This document shows, in pieces, positions 39,548-49,271 of a stretch of 64,000 nt of DNA. Numbering within the stretch: position 1 is the first letter of the stretch; each line of letters begins with the position of its first letter. The notes under the pieces were generated by a model. The model made no database searches. It had not been told where the DNA came from and saw only the letters and a program-made list of their open reading frames with translations. Where the stretch lies: contig CAWDVE010000017.1 of NCBI GenBank assembly GCA_963805625.1, positions 896,001 through 960,000 on the forward strand, read 5' to 3'. Origin of the DNA: an uncultured Candidatus Rokubacteria bacterium. Lineage in GTDB: Bacteria > Methylomirabilota > Methylomirabilia > Rokubacteriales > DASRDR01. Made by a program: the position numbers and the translations under genes.

Positions 39548-39646
39548 GGATGTGCTGAAGCACTCCGGTCGCGTCGCTGGCCGTGGCCTCGTTGCTGCCG
39601 GATGGGCGGGTCGGGCATCTCACCTTGGTGAACCGTGGTCAGGTGA

Positions 39647-41236
39647 ATGGCCACGCGGAGGTTGCACATGGGGGTCCTGCGCACGCTTCGCATGCTTGGT
39701 GTCGCCATCCTGCCGGTGCTGGCCCTCGGCATCGCCGCCGACGCCCAGACCCCCCGGAAGGGAGGCGTGCTCCGCGTCGCCAACCTCGGCGAGCCGCCAA
39801 CCCTCGATGCCCACTGGACGACGGCGACCCTGACGGAGGTCCTGACCAACCACCTGTACGAGGGCCTGTACGCGCTCGACGAGGGGTACCGACCCATCCC
39901 CATGCTCGCCGAGGCCTTGCCGGCGGTGTCCCCGGACGGACTGACCTACGCGATCCGGCTCCGGCAGGGGATCAAGTTCCACAACGGCAAGGAGATGACC
40001 TCGGACGACGTCGTAGCCTCGCTCAAGCGGTGGATGCAGCAGGGCGTGTACGGAAAGGCGCTCGCCACCGTGCTGGCCGAGATTCGAGTCACCGGCCGCT
40101 ATGCCATCGAGCTTCGGCTCAAGCAGAAGTATGCGGCGGTCGAGGTGAACCTCGCGGCGCCCAACAACTTCGGCGCAATCTACCCGAAGGAGATCGCGGA
40201 GAAGTTCCCGCCGGCTGAGAAGGTCACCGAGTTCGTCGGGACCGGGCCGTTCAAGCTCGCCGAGTGGAAGCCGGACCAGTACATCCGGATGGTCCGCTTC
40301 GACGACTACAAGTCACGGAGCGAGCCAACGAACGGGTACGGAGGGGCGAAGGCCGCCCACGTCGACGAGGTCCGCTGGATCCCCGTTCCCGACGTCGCCA
40401 CTCGCGTGGCCCAGATGGAGACCGGCGAGCTCGAGTTCGCCGACGATCTCAACATCGACGCCTACGACCGCCTGCAGAAGAGCGCGAACGCCCGGCCGGT
40501 CGTGGCCAAGCCGTACTACTGGCTCGTCGCCGTCCTGAACAAGAAGGAAGGCCTGATGACGAACCAGAAACTCCGGCAGGCCTGGCAGGCCGCGCTGGAC
40601 ATCGAGCCCATCATGAAGGCCGTCGCCGGGGGCCGGGCGGAATTCTACCGGATGGATGCCAGTCTTGCGTTCGTGGAGAACAAGCCCTGGTACGTGAAGC
40701 AGCAGCCGAGCTGGGGCTGGAACGAGCACAACAAGGACAAGGCGAAGCGGCTCCTGCAGGAGGCAGGCTACAAGGGCGAGCCGGTCCGCTTCGTGACGAC
40801 CCAGGAGTACAAGTGGATGTACGACTTTGCCCTCCTATCCAAGCAGCAGCTCGAAGACGTGGGCTTCAACATCGACCTCCAGGTGGTGGATTGGGCGACG
40901 CTGGTCAAGCGCCGCAACAATCCCAAGGAGTACGAGGCGTTCACGACCGGCACCGGCAACATCTTCGAGCCGACGGCCTTCACGGTGCTCTCGTGCACGT
41001 GGCCGGGCTGGACGTGCGACGCGGACATCCAGGGGCTGCTCCAGGAGATGGCGCGGGAGACGGACCAGCGGAAGCGGTTCGCCCTATGGGAGCAGATGCA
41101 CCGGCTCTGGTACGAGAAGGTGCCGTCGGTCCGCTACGGCGACCTCCACGGTCTCCGGGCGGTGTCCAAGAAGGTCCAGGGCTTCAACGAGAAGACCGAG
41201 CGGCCGCGGTTCTACAACGTCTGGCTCGAACGGTAG
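39647..41236 (+). CDS. Family-5 ABC substrate-binding protein (copy 1)
   Basis: Signal peptide, GEPPTLDAHWTT, KFHNG, GTGPFK; the start may be ATG 39668. Confidence 0.93.
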   Translation: MATRRLHMGVLRTLRMLGVAILPVLALGIAADAQTPRKGGVLRVANLGEPPTLDAHWTTATLTEVLTNHLYEGLYALDEGYRPIPMLAEALPAVSPDGLTYAIRLRQGIKFHNGKEMTSDDVVASLKRWMQQGVYGKALATVLAEIRVTGRYAIELRLKQKYAAVEVNLAAPNNFGAIYPKEIAEKFPPAEKVTEFVGTGPFKLAEWKPDQYIRMVRFDDYKSRSEPTNGYGGAKAAHVDEVRWIPVPDVATRVAQMETGELEFADDLNIDAYDRLQKSANARPVVAKPYYWLVAVLNKKEGLMTNQKLRQAWQAALDIEPIMKAVAGGRAEFYRMDASLAFVENKPWYVKQQPSWGWNEHNKDKAKRLLQEAGYKGEPVRFVTTQEYKWMYDFALLSKQQLEDVGFNIDLQVVDWATLVKRRNNPKEYEAFTTGTGNIFEPTAFTVLSCTWPGWTCDADIQGLLQEMARETDQRKRFALWEQMHRLWYEKVPSVRYGDLHGLRAVSKKVQGFNEKTERPRFYNVWLER

Positions 41237-41322
41237 GCATGCGCATTCCTCCTCTTGACGAGGCTGCGTTCGCCGCTCGACGATTGAAATTGTCTCCCAA
41301 CCCCACACGAAAGAGGTGGCGC

Positions 41323-42897
41323 ATGACACGAGGAAAGCTGTTCCGGACTGCCGTCTTTCTCGCGGCGGTCGTGGTCGTGGTCGCGGGCGGTCCCCCGGAC
41401 GCCGCCGCCCAGAAGAAGGGCGGGACCATCCGCGTCGGGAACCTGGGTGAGCCACCAACGCTGGACGCGCACTGGACGACGGCCAGCATCACGGAGACCC
41501 TGACCAATCACCTCTACGAGGGGCTCCTCACGCTGGACGACGAGAACAAGCCCATGCCGATGCTCGCGGAGGCGATGCCCACCGTGTCGTCGGACGGCCT
41601 CACCTACACGTTCAAGCTCCGGCGCGGCATCAAGTTCCACAACGGCAAGGAGATGACGTCGGACGATGTGGTCGCGTCGCTCATGCGATGGAGCAAGCAA
41701 TCGATCTACGGCAAGGACCTCTTCAACTACGTCACCGAGGGCGGCCTCAGGGCCGTGGACAAGTATACCGTCGAGCTGAAACTCAAAGAGAAGGTGGCGA
41801 TCGTCCAGATCAACCTGGCGGTGGCCAACAACTTCGCCGCCATCTACCCGAAGGAGATCGCCGAGAAGTTCCCGCCCCAGGAGAAGGTGACTGAGTACGT
41901 TGGGACGGGGCCCTTCAAGCTCGCCGAGTGGAAGCCGGACCAGTACATCCGGATGGTCCGGTTCGACGACTACAAGCCCCGGAGCGAGAAGCCCAATGGC
42001 TACGGCGGCGCCAAGACCGCCTGGGTTGACGAGATTCGCTGGATTCCGGTTCCGGACGTCGCGACGCGTGTCGCCCAGATGGAGACCGGAGAGCTCGAGC
42101 TGGCGGACGACCTGAACGCCGATGCCTACGACCGGCTCAAGGCGAGCGCCAACGCCCGCCCGATCGTATCGAAGATGTACTACTGGCTCGTCGCGGTCCT
42201 CAACAAGAAAGAGGGCTTGATGACGAACCAGAAGCTCCGCCAGGCCTGGCAGGCAGCGCTCGACATCGAGCCCATCATGAAGACGGTCGCCGCGGGACGC
42301 GGCGAGTTCTACCGGATGGACTACAATCTGATCCACCAGGAGCTGGCCGCCTGGCACGTGAAGATGCAGGGGCTCCCGTGGAACGAGCACAACAAGGACA
42401 AGGCGAAGAAGCTCCTCCAGGAGGCCGGCTACAAAGGCGAGCCGATCCGATTCATGACGACGCAGGAGTACAAGTGGATGTACGACTTCGCCCTCGTCTC
42501 GAAGCAGCAGCTCGAGGACGCGGGGTTCAACATCGACCTTCAGGTGGTTGACTGGGCGACCTTGGTGAAGCGGCGCAACAACTCCAAGGAGTACGACGCC
42601 TTCACCACGGGCATCGGGCCCCAGTACGACCCGACCAACTCCAACGTGCTGAGCTGCAGCTGGCCCGGCTGGACGTGTGACGAGCAGATCCAGAGCATCA
42701 AGACCGCCATGATCCGCGAGACGGACTACAAGAAGCGGTTCGCGCTCTGGGAGCAGATGCATAAGGCGTTCTACGAGAAAGTCCCGGTCATCCGCTACGG
42801 CGACCTGTTCGGTCTGCGGGCGGCTTCGAAGAAGCTCAAGGATCTGAACGAAAAGACCGAGCGGGTACGGCTTTACAACGTCTGGTTGGACAAGTAG
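41323..42897 (+). CDS. Family-5 ABC substrate-binding protein (copy 2, close paralogue)
   Basis: GAGG RBS and ATG 41323; long identical peptide blocks shared with copy 1. Confidence 0.93.
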   Translation: MTRGKLFRTAVFLAAVVVVVAGGPPDAAAQKKGGTIRVGNLGEPPTLDAHWTTASITETLTNHLYEGLLTLDDENKPMPMLAEAMPTVSSDGLTYTFKLRRGIKFHNGKEMTSDDVVASLMRWSKQSIYGKDLFNYVTEGGLRAVDKYTVELKLKEKVAIVQINLAVANNFAAIYPKEIAEKFPPQEKVTEYVGTGPFKLAEWKPDQYIRMVRFDDYKPRSEKPNGYGGAKTAWVDEIRWIPVPDVATRVAQMETGELELADDLNADAYDRLKASANARPIVSKMYYWLVAVLNKKEGLMTNQKLRQAWQAALDIEPIMKTVAAGRGEFYRMDYNLIHQELAAWHVKMQGLPWNEHNKDKAKKLLQEAGYKGEPIRFMTTQEYKWMYDFALVSKQQLEDAGFNIDLQVVDWATLVKRRNNSKEYDAFTTGIGPQYDPTNSNVLSCSWPGWTCDEQIQSIKTAMIRETDYKKRFALWEQMHKAFYEKVPVIRYGDLFGLRAASKKLKDLNEKTERVRLYNVWLDK

Positions 42898-42916
42898 CTC
42901 GCGGCTGATCGCGTGA

Positions 42917-42953
42917 CGCGGCGGGGGCTGGTCGTCCGGCGGCCCCCGCCGCG
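42917..42953. other. Stem-loop between SBP and permease
   Basis: cgcggcgggggc / gcccccgccgcg, a perfect 12-bp inverted repeat. Confidence 0.65.
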
Positions 42954-42959
42954 CTTGTC

Positions 42960-43904
42960 ATGACGGCTTATCTCATCCGCCGCCTCCTCGCCGTGATCCC
43001 GGTGATGGTCGTCGTCGTCACCGTGGTCTTCCTGCTGATCCACCTGATTCCCGGCGACCCCGTCGGCGTCATGCTCGGCCCCGACGCGACGCCGGCCCAG
43101 ATCGACGGAGTTCGGCAGGCGCTCGGGCTCGACCGCCCGCTCCTCGAGCAACTCCTCCTCTTCTACAAGCGCATCCTGCGGGGCGACCTGGGCCGCTCCT
43201 ATTTCCTCGACCGGCCCGTGACGCAGGCGCTCTGGGAGCGCGCGGAGCCGACGCTCGTCCTGACGGCGACCTCGCTCTTCGTTGCGCTCCTGATCGGCGT
43301 GCCGTCGGGTATCGTGGCCGGCGCCAACCAGGGCTCCTGGTGGGACCGTCTGCTCATGCTTGGGGCCCTCCTGGGCGTCTGCATTCCCAGCTTCTGGCTG
43401 AGCCTGAACTTCATCTACCTCTTCGCGGTCCGGCTCGGGTGGCTGCCGGCGGCGGGGTACGCCTCGATCTTCACCGATCCATGGGCGGCGCTCCGCTACA
43501 TGGTCCTGCCCGCGGTCTCCCTGGGCTTCAACCAGTCCGCCCTGATCGCGCGCATCGCGCGCTCGTGCATGGTCGAGGTGCTCCAGCAGGACTACATCCG
43601 GACCGCCCGGGCGAAGGGGCTTTCCCAGCGAGTGGTGGCCTACGTGCACGGGTTCCGCAACGCCCTCGTACCGGTCGTGACGGTCATCGGCGTTACGATC
43701 GCGATTCTCGTCGGCGGCGCCGTCGTGACGGAGATCGTCTTCAACATTCCCGGGATGGGCCGCCTCATCATCTCGGCGATCTTGCGGCGCGACTATCCCG
43801 TGGTGCAGGGAGTTGTGCTCGTGACGGCCGCGTCCTACGTCCTCATCAACCTGGCCGTCGACATGGTCTACGCGTTCATCGATCCCCGCATCCGGTACGA
43901 CTAG
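42960..43904 (+). CDS. Dpp/Opp-type ABC permease (DppB-like)
   Basis: PGDP, ARAKGL, RDYPVVQG. Confidence 0.93.
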   Translation: MTAYLIRRLLAVIPVMVVVVTVVFLLIHLIPGDPVGVMLGPDATPAQIDGVRQALGLDRPLLEQLLLFYKRILRGDLGRSYFLDRPVTQALWERAEPTLVLTATSLFVALLIGVPSGIVAGANQGSWWDRLLMLGALLGVCIPSFWLSLNFIYLFAVRLGWLPAAGYASIFTDPWAALRYMVLPAVSLGFNQSALIARIARSCMVEVLQQDYIRTARAKGLSQRVVAYVHGFRNALVPVVTVIGVTIAILVGGAVVTEIVFNIPGMGRLIISAILRRDYPVVQGVVLVTAASYVLINLAVDMVYAFIDPRIRYD

Positions 43905-43905
43905 C

Positions 43906-44853
43906 ATGACGCCGACGACGGACGCCGCGGTCGAGAAGGCAGTGGCCGGAGCTCCTGCCACGATCGTGGGGGTGGCAGAGCCGACCGCGCTCCGGATCCG
44001 ATTGTTCCGCCGGCTGCTCCGCAACCGGAGCGTGGTCGTGGGCGCGGCGATCTTTCTCGTCTTCCTCCTGGCCGCGCTGCTCGCGGGCCAGATCTCGACC
44101 CACGTCCCAACGCGCCTCAACCCGCCCCAGCGCCTGAAGCCCCCGAGCGCGATGAACTTCCTCGGGACCGACGAGTTCGGCCGGGACGTCTACAGCCTGG
44201 TCGTCCACGGAAGCCGGGTCTCGCTCCTCGTCGGCGGCGTCACCATGCTCATCACCTCGATCGGGGGGACGCTGATCGGACTCATCGCGGGCTACTATCG
44301 GCGCCTCGACCTGATCGTCATGCGCGTCATGGACGGGCTCATGGCCTTTCCGGCGATCATCCTGGCCATTGCCTTCATGGCCGCGCGGGGCCCCGGTGTC
44401 TGGAACGTCATCCTGGCCCTGTCGCTCGTGTACCTGCCGCGGACGGCCCTCCTGGTACGGAGCACCGTGCTGAGCCTCCGGGAGCTCGACTACGTCGCGG
44501 CGGCCCGGGCGCTCGGCCGGCGCGATCTGGCAGTCGCCGTCCGGCACATCCTGCCGAACTGTCTAGCGCCGCTTCTCGTCCAGGGGACGTTCATCTTCGC
44601 GTACGCCGTGCTGGCGGAGGCGATCTTGGGGTTCCTAGGCGTGGGCGTGCCGCCGTACGTCCCCTCGTGGGGCAACGTCATCGCGAGCGGGAAGAACGTG
44701 ATCCGCGAGGCGTTTTGGGTCAGCCTCTTTCCCGGCATCACCTTGACAGTGGCCGGTCTCAGCCTGAACCTCCTGGGCGACGGCCTTCGTGACACCCTCG
44801 ACCCCCGCCTCCGCGGGTCGGTCGGCACCGGTACAGGGAGACAAGGCGCATGA
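43906..44853 (+). CDS. Dpp/Opp-type ABC permease (DppC-like)
   Basis: LGTDEFGRD, AARALG, GDGLRD. Confidence 0.93.
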   Translation: MTPTTDAAVEKAVAGAPATIVGVAEPTALRIRLFRRLLRNRSVVVGAAIFLVFLLAALLAGQISTHVPTRLNPPQRLKPPSAMNFLGTDEFGRDVYSLVVHGSRVSLLVGGVTMLITSIGGTLIGLIAGYYRRLDLIVMRVMDGLMAFPAIILAIAFMAARGPGVWNVILALSLVYLPRTALLVRSTVLSLRELDYVAAARALGRRDLAVAVRHILPNCLAPLLVQGTFIFAYAVLAEAILGFLGVGVPPYVPSWGNVIASGKNVIREAFWVSLFPGITLTVAGLSLNLLGDGLRDTLDPRLRGSVGTGTGRQGA

Positions 44854-45617
44854 AGCTCTTCGATCTGACGGGCAAGGTTGCGATCGTCACGGGCGGCAAC
44901 GGTGGTATCGGGCTCGGGATGGCCCGAGGGCTCGCCCAGGCGGGCGCCGCCGTCGCCGTCGCCGGACGCCAGGCGGGCAAGAGCGCCACGGCCGTCAAGG
45001 AGCTCGAGGCGCTCGGTGCCCGCGCGATGGTCGTCGAGGTCGACGTCCGGAAGGAGGCCTCTTGCCGGGCGATGGTACAGGCCGTCGTCGACCGCTTCGG
45101 CCGGCTCGACATCCTGGTGAACAACGCCGGGACCAACATTCGGAAGCGCCCGGAGGAGTACACGCTGGAGGAGTGGCACACCGTTCTCGACACCAACCTC
45201 ACCAGCGCGTTCATGTGCTCCCACGCGGCCTACCCCCACATGGTCCGGGCCGGTGGCGGGAAGGTGATCAACATCGGCTCGATGATGTCGATCTTCGGCG
45301 CGCCATTCACGGCGCCCTACGCCGCCAGCAAGGGGGGCATCGTCCAGATGACCAAGGCGATGGCGACCGCCTGGGCACGGGAGAACATCCAGGTGAACTC
45401 GGTGCTCCCGGGCTGGATCGACACCGACCTCACGCGCAAGGCCAGAGAGCAGGTCCCAGGCCTCCACGACAAGGTGATCGCGCGGACGCCCGCCGGACGC
45501 TGGGGCTCGCCGGAGGACCACGCCGGGATCGCCGTGTTCCTCGCGAGCGCGGCGTCCGACTTCGTCACGGGCACCGCCATCCCCGTCGACGGCGGCTACT
45601 CCGTCCAGGGCGTGTGA
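44850..45617 (+). CDS. Short-chain dehydrogenase/reductase (KduD/gluconate dehydrogenase-like)
   Basis: TGGNGGIG, NNAG, YAASK, VDGG. Confidence 0.92.
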   Translation: MKLFDLTGKVAIVTGGNGGIGLGMARGLAQAGAAVAVAGRQAGKSATAVKELEALGARAMVVEVDVRKEASCRAMVQAVVDRFGRLDILVNNAGTNIRKRPEEYTLEEWHTVLDTNLTSAFMCSHAAYPHMVRAGGGKVINIGSMMSIFGAPFTAPYAASKGGIVQMTKAMATAWARENIQVNSVLPGWIDTDLTRKAREQVPGLHDKVIARTPAGRWGSPEDHAGIAVFLASAASDFVTGTAIPVDGGYSVQGV

Positions 45618-46114
45618 GGCCGGCGTCTCTGGCGACGCCGGGCGCTCGGCTTCGCCGGGGCTTCGCCGGGAGCGCGCTCGGGCTCCTCTGCCTGGCCCTC
45701 GCGGCGACGGCCGCGGGGCAGGGAGGCGACCCGCAGGCGGAGATGACCCGGACCGTGCTCGGCCAGCTCGCTGCGTTCCGCCGGGGCGACTGGGCCACCG
45801 CGTACGCCTACGCGTCCTCGACCATCCAGGCCCGCTTCGGGCTCGAGGCCTTCCGCCAGATGGTCACGAGCGGCTACGCCCCGATCGCGCGCTCGGCCAG
45901 GGCCGCCGTGTCCAAGGTCGACGTGGTCGGTGCCGGCCACGGGCTGGTGGAGGTGCGGGTCGAGGGCGAGAACGGCGAGACGGTTGACGCGCTCTACGAG
46001 CTGGTCGACGAGCAAGGCAGCTGGCGGATCAACGGGGTGCTGACGCGGCCCGTGGAGGGCGCCACCGCGGCGTTGCCCGGCGGCGTCCCCCCGCGGCGCG
46101 TCGCGACCGGGTGA
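45614..46114 (+). CDS. Secreted DUF4864-like protein
   Basis: Signal peptide; QLAAFRRGD...AYAYAS..IQARF...F..MV..GY...WRING; GTGA overlaps at both ends. Confidence 0.78.
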   Translation: MRPASLATPGARLRRGFAGSALGLLCLALAATAAGQGGDPQAEMTRTVLGQLAAFRRGDWATAYAYASSTIQARFGLEAFRQMVTSGYAPIARSARAAVSKVDVVGAGHGLVEVRVEGENGETVDALYELVDEQGSWRINGVLTRPVEGATAALPGGVPPRRVATG

Positions 46115-47289
46115 ACCCCGGCGCCCCGGGAGCGACGAGAGGGCTCGCCCCGCTTTCCCTCCTCACGGCTCTCGCGTTCCTCGTCCAGGTCGACGTCCGC
46201 ATGATGACGCCCCTCCTGCCGACGATCGCGCACTCGCTCGGGACGAGCGTGACCGCGATGGGTCTGGCGATGATGCTCTACATGCTGCCGTACGGTCTCT
46301 GCCAGTTCTTCTACGGCCCGCTGGGCGACCGGCTGGGGGCAATCCGGGTCGTCCGGGGTGCGGCGATCGGCTTCGGCGTGGGGACGCTCCTGACGGGCCA
46401 GGCCCACCACATCGCCGTGCTCGACGCGGGGCGGTTCGTCACGGGAGTCTTCGCGGCGGCGGTGGTCCCTCTCACGTTCGCTTACATCGGCGCGACCGTG
46501 CCCTACGCGGAGCGCCAGGGAACGCTCGGGCGGTTCGCCGCCGTGACCTCGCTCGCCCAGAGTCTCTCAGCGGCGATCGGGGGAACGGTGGCCCACTTCG
46601 TGTCCTGGCGGGTCCTGTACGTCGGCGTGGGATGCCTGTCGCTCGTTCCGGCGGTCCTTCTCTTCCGCACGGACACTCGCCACGCGCCCCCGGGCGTCAC
46701 CGGCGGCGGGCTCCACTACGGCCTCGTCCTCCGCCGGCGCGCGGCGCGGATCCTCTACGGGATCGTGGGCTTCGAGGGGGTGTTCCTGTGGGGCGGCTTC
46801 ACGTACCTCGGGGCGGTCGCGGTGGCGCGGTTCGGGCTCAACGAGCTCGAGGTGGGTCTGCTGCTCGCGTGTTACGGCGTCGCGACGCTCGTCGGTGGAG
46901 TCTCGCTGGTGCGAATCCGGACCCGTCTGCCCGAGCGCTACCTGGCCGCGCTCGGCGGCGGGCTGAAGGGCGGCGCCTATCTGCTGATGAGCGCCAGCGG
47001 GTCCCTCGTGCTCTTCGCGGTCGCGATCGTGATGCTCGGATTCGGCTACATCGCGCTCCACACGACGCTCCAGACCCGCGCGACCGAGCTGGCGCCGGAG
47101 GCGCGCGGCACGGCGGTGGCGCTGTTCGCGTTCTTCCTCTTCCTGGGCGGCGCGCTCGGGTCCGCGATCTTCGGCCCGCTCGTGGACCACGGGTGGCACC
47201 GGCTCTTCCTCATGATCTGCGGACTGAGCTTGCTAGTGCTGGGAGCGCTCGCCGTCCGCCTGCTCGGGGCCTCGCCCGTCGACGTGTGA
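46111..47289 (+). CDS. MFS transporter
   Basis: GPLGDRLG, about 12 TM segments. Confidence 0.88.
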   Translation: MNPGAPGATRGLAPLSLLTALAFLVQVDVRMMTPLLPTIAHSLGTSVTAMGLAMMLYMLPYGLCQFFYGPLGDRLGAIRVVRGAAIGFGVGTLLTGQAHHIAVLDAGRFVTGVFAAAVVPLTFAYIGATVPYAERQGTLGRFAAVTSLAQSLSAAIGGTVAHFVSWRVLYVGVGCLSLVPAVLLFRTDTRHAPPGVTGGGLHYGLVLRRRAARILYGIVGFEGVFLWGGFTYLGAVAVARFGLNELEVGLLLACYGVATLVGGVSLVRIRTRLPERYLAALGGGLKGGAYLLMSASGSLVLFAVAIVMLGFGYIALHTTLQTRATELAPEARGTAVALFAFFLFLGGALGSAIFGPLVDHGWHRLFLMICGLSLLVLGALAVRLLGASPVDV

Positions 47290-47329
47290 CCCGCCCCGGC
47301 GGCGGTATGCGGTCCTCCGCTGACGGGGC

Positions 47330-49072
47330 TCAGGGGCCCGGGCGCCGGGCGCTCGCCGCGCGCGTCACCAAGAAGTCGAAGTCGCAGCCCTCGGGCGCCT
47401 GGAGGACGCGCTCGCCGAACAGCCGCCGGTAGCCCCGGGCCGGCAGGGAGGTCGGCGCCCGCCACGCCGCGCGGCGACGCGCGAGCTCGGCGTCGGTCAC
47501 GAGGAGATCGAGGCGGCGGGCCTCCGTGTCGAGCAGGATCTCGTCCCCGTCTCGCACGTGCGCCAGCGGGCCGCCCACCGCCGCTTCGGGCGCTACGTGG
47601 AGCACCACGGTCCCACCGGCGGTCCCGCTCATCCGTGCGTCCGAGACGCGCACCATGTCCCGAACTCCGGCCGCGAGTAGCTTCTTCGGGATCGGAAGCG
47701 AGCCCGCCTCGGGCATCCCGGGTCCGCCCACGGGGCCGGCGTTCTGGAGCACGAGGACGCTCGCCGGCGTGACGGGAAGGGCCGGGTCGTCGACCCGGGT
47801 CGCGAGGTCGGCGAGGTCGCGGAAGACGCAGGCGGGGCCGCGGTGCCAGAGGAGAGCCGGGGTGGCGGCCGACACCTTGAGCACCGCGCCGTCGGGCGCG
47901 AGGCTCCCGCGGAGGATGGCGAGCCCGCCCTCTGCCTTGAACGGTCGGTCGAGCGTCGTGACCACGTCCTGCCAGCCGCCGGGGACCGGCACGTTCTCCA
48001 GCGTGGCGCCGAGCGATCGCCCCGTCACCGTCGGCGCGTCCAGGTGGAGGAGCGGGGCAAGCGCCTTCATCACCGCCGGGATGCCGCCCGCCTCGGCAAG
48101 GTCTTCCATGTGGAATTTCCCCGACGGCCGGATGCTCGCCACCATGGGCGTGGTGCGGGCGAACCGGTCGAAGTCGTCGAGCCCGAGGGGGACGCCGGCC
48201 CGTCCGGCGATCGCCGGCAGGTGGACGACAGCGTTCGTCGAGCCGCCGATCGCCATGAGGACCCGCACGGCGTTCTCGAACGCCGCGCGGGTGAGGATCC
48301 GCGAGGGCCGGAGGTCCTCCCGCGCCATCTCGACGATCCGCCGGCCGACCGCTTCCGCCAGGCGCAGGCGGCGGGAGAGCGGAGCGGGAATGGCCGCCAT
48401 GCCTGGAAGCGTCATTCCCAGGGCTTCTGTCATCGCCGCCATCGTGCTGGCGGTCCCCATGACCATGCACGTGCCAGTCGAGGGGAACAGCTCGCCCTGG
48501 ATTGCCTCCATGCGAAGCGCGTCGATCTCTCCCGCACGGTGTTCGGTCCAGAGCCGGCGGCAATCCGTGCACGCCCCGAGCCGCATCCCCTCGTAGCGGC
48601 CGGTGAGCATGGGGCCCGCCGTCACGACGATCGCCGGCCGATCCGCGCTCGCCGCGCCCATCAGCTGGGCCGGCAAGGTCTTGTCGCAGCCGCCCAGCAG
48701 CACCACCCCGTCCATCGGCTGGCCGAGGATCATCTCCTCCGTGTCCATCGCCATGAGGTTTCGGAACAGCATGCTCGTCGGCGACAGGAAGATCTCCCCC
48801 AGCGAGATCGTCGGAAACTCGAGGGGTAGGCCGCCCGCCTGCCACACGCCCCGCTTCACGGCCTCGGCAACCTCCCGCAGGTGACGGTGGCACGGATTGA
48901 ACTCGCTCCACGTCTGGGCAAGACCGATGACGGGGCGCGAGAGATCCTCCCCGGTGAGACCCATCCCGCGGGCGAAGGCGCCCCGGACGAACATGCTGAA
49001 CTCGGGATCGCCGTAGTTCGTCAGGCCGCGGCGGACACCGGTCGGCGGGGCGGGCTCCTGGGCATCGGACAT
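47330..49072 (-). CDS. IlvD/Edd-family dehydratase (sugar-acid dehydratase-like)
   Basis: NPCH, GCDKT, CMVMGTASTM, GGSTN, SDARMSGT. Confidence 0.93.
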   Translation of the reverse strand: MSDAQEPAPPTGVRRGLTNYGDPEFSMFVRGAFARGMGLTGEDLSRPVIGLAQTWSEFNPCHRHLREVAEAVKRGVWQAGGLPLEFPTISLGEIFLSPTSMLFRNLMAMDTEEMILGQPMDGVVLLGGCDKTLPAQLMGAASADRPAIVVTAGPMLTGRYEGMRLGACTDCRRLWTEHRAGEIDALRMEAIQGELFPSTGTCMVMGTASTMAAMTEALGMTLPGMAAIPAPLSRRLRLAEAVGRRIVEMAREDLRPSRILTRAAFENAVRVLMAIGGSTNAVVHLPAIAGRAGVPLGLDDFDRFARTTPMVASIRPSGKFHMEDLAEAGGIPAVMKALAPLLHLDAPTVTGRSLGATLENVPVPGGWQDVVTTLDRPFKAEGGLAILRGSLAPDGAVLKVSAATPALLWHRGPACVFRDLADLATRVDDPALPVTPASVLVLQNAGPVGGPGMPEAGSLPIPKKLLAAGVRDMVRVSDARMSGTAGGTVVLHVAPEAAVGGPLAHVRDGDEILLDTEARRLDLLVTDAELARRRAAWRAPTSLPARGYRRLFGERVLQAPEGCDFDFLVTRAASARRPGP

Positions 49073-49271
49073 GGGCGACGCTCCTTTTACCCGGCCGGCG
49101 CCCCTCGCGCCTGTGGCGCTCGTGACGCGGCGGCCTCTGGTCATCCGGCCGGCGCGCCTCGCCCCTGGCTTGTGTCAACGGCCTTCGGCCTGTGGCGTGA
49201 CGCGGCGACCTCTGGTCCGCCGGTCCGGCGGTGCGGCGATGATACCGCCGACCGGGGTAAGATAGCGGACG

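Noticed and set aside
40264-41322. 877-aa ORF suggesting a fused protein
   Set aside because: The upstream part is an off-frame shadow of SBP copy 1; the real gene starts at 41323.
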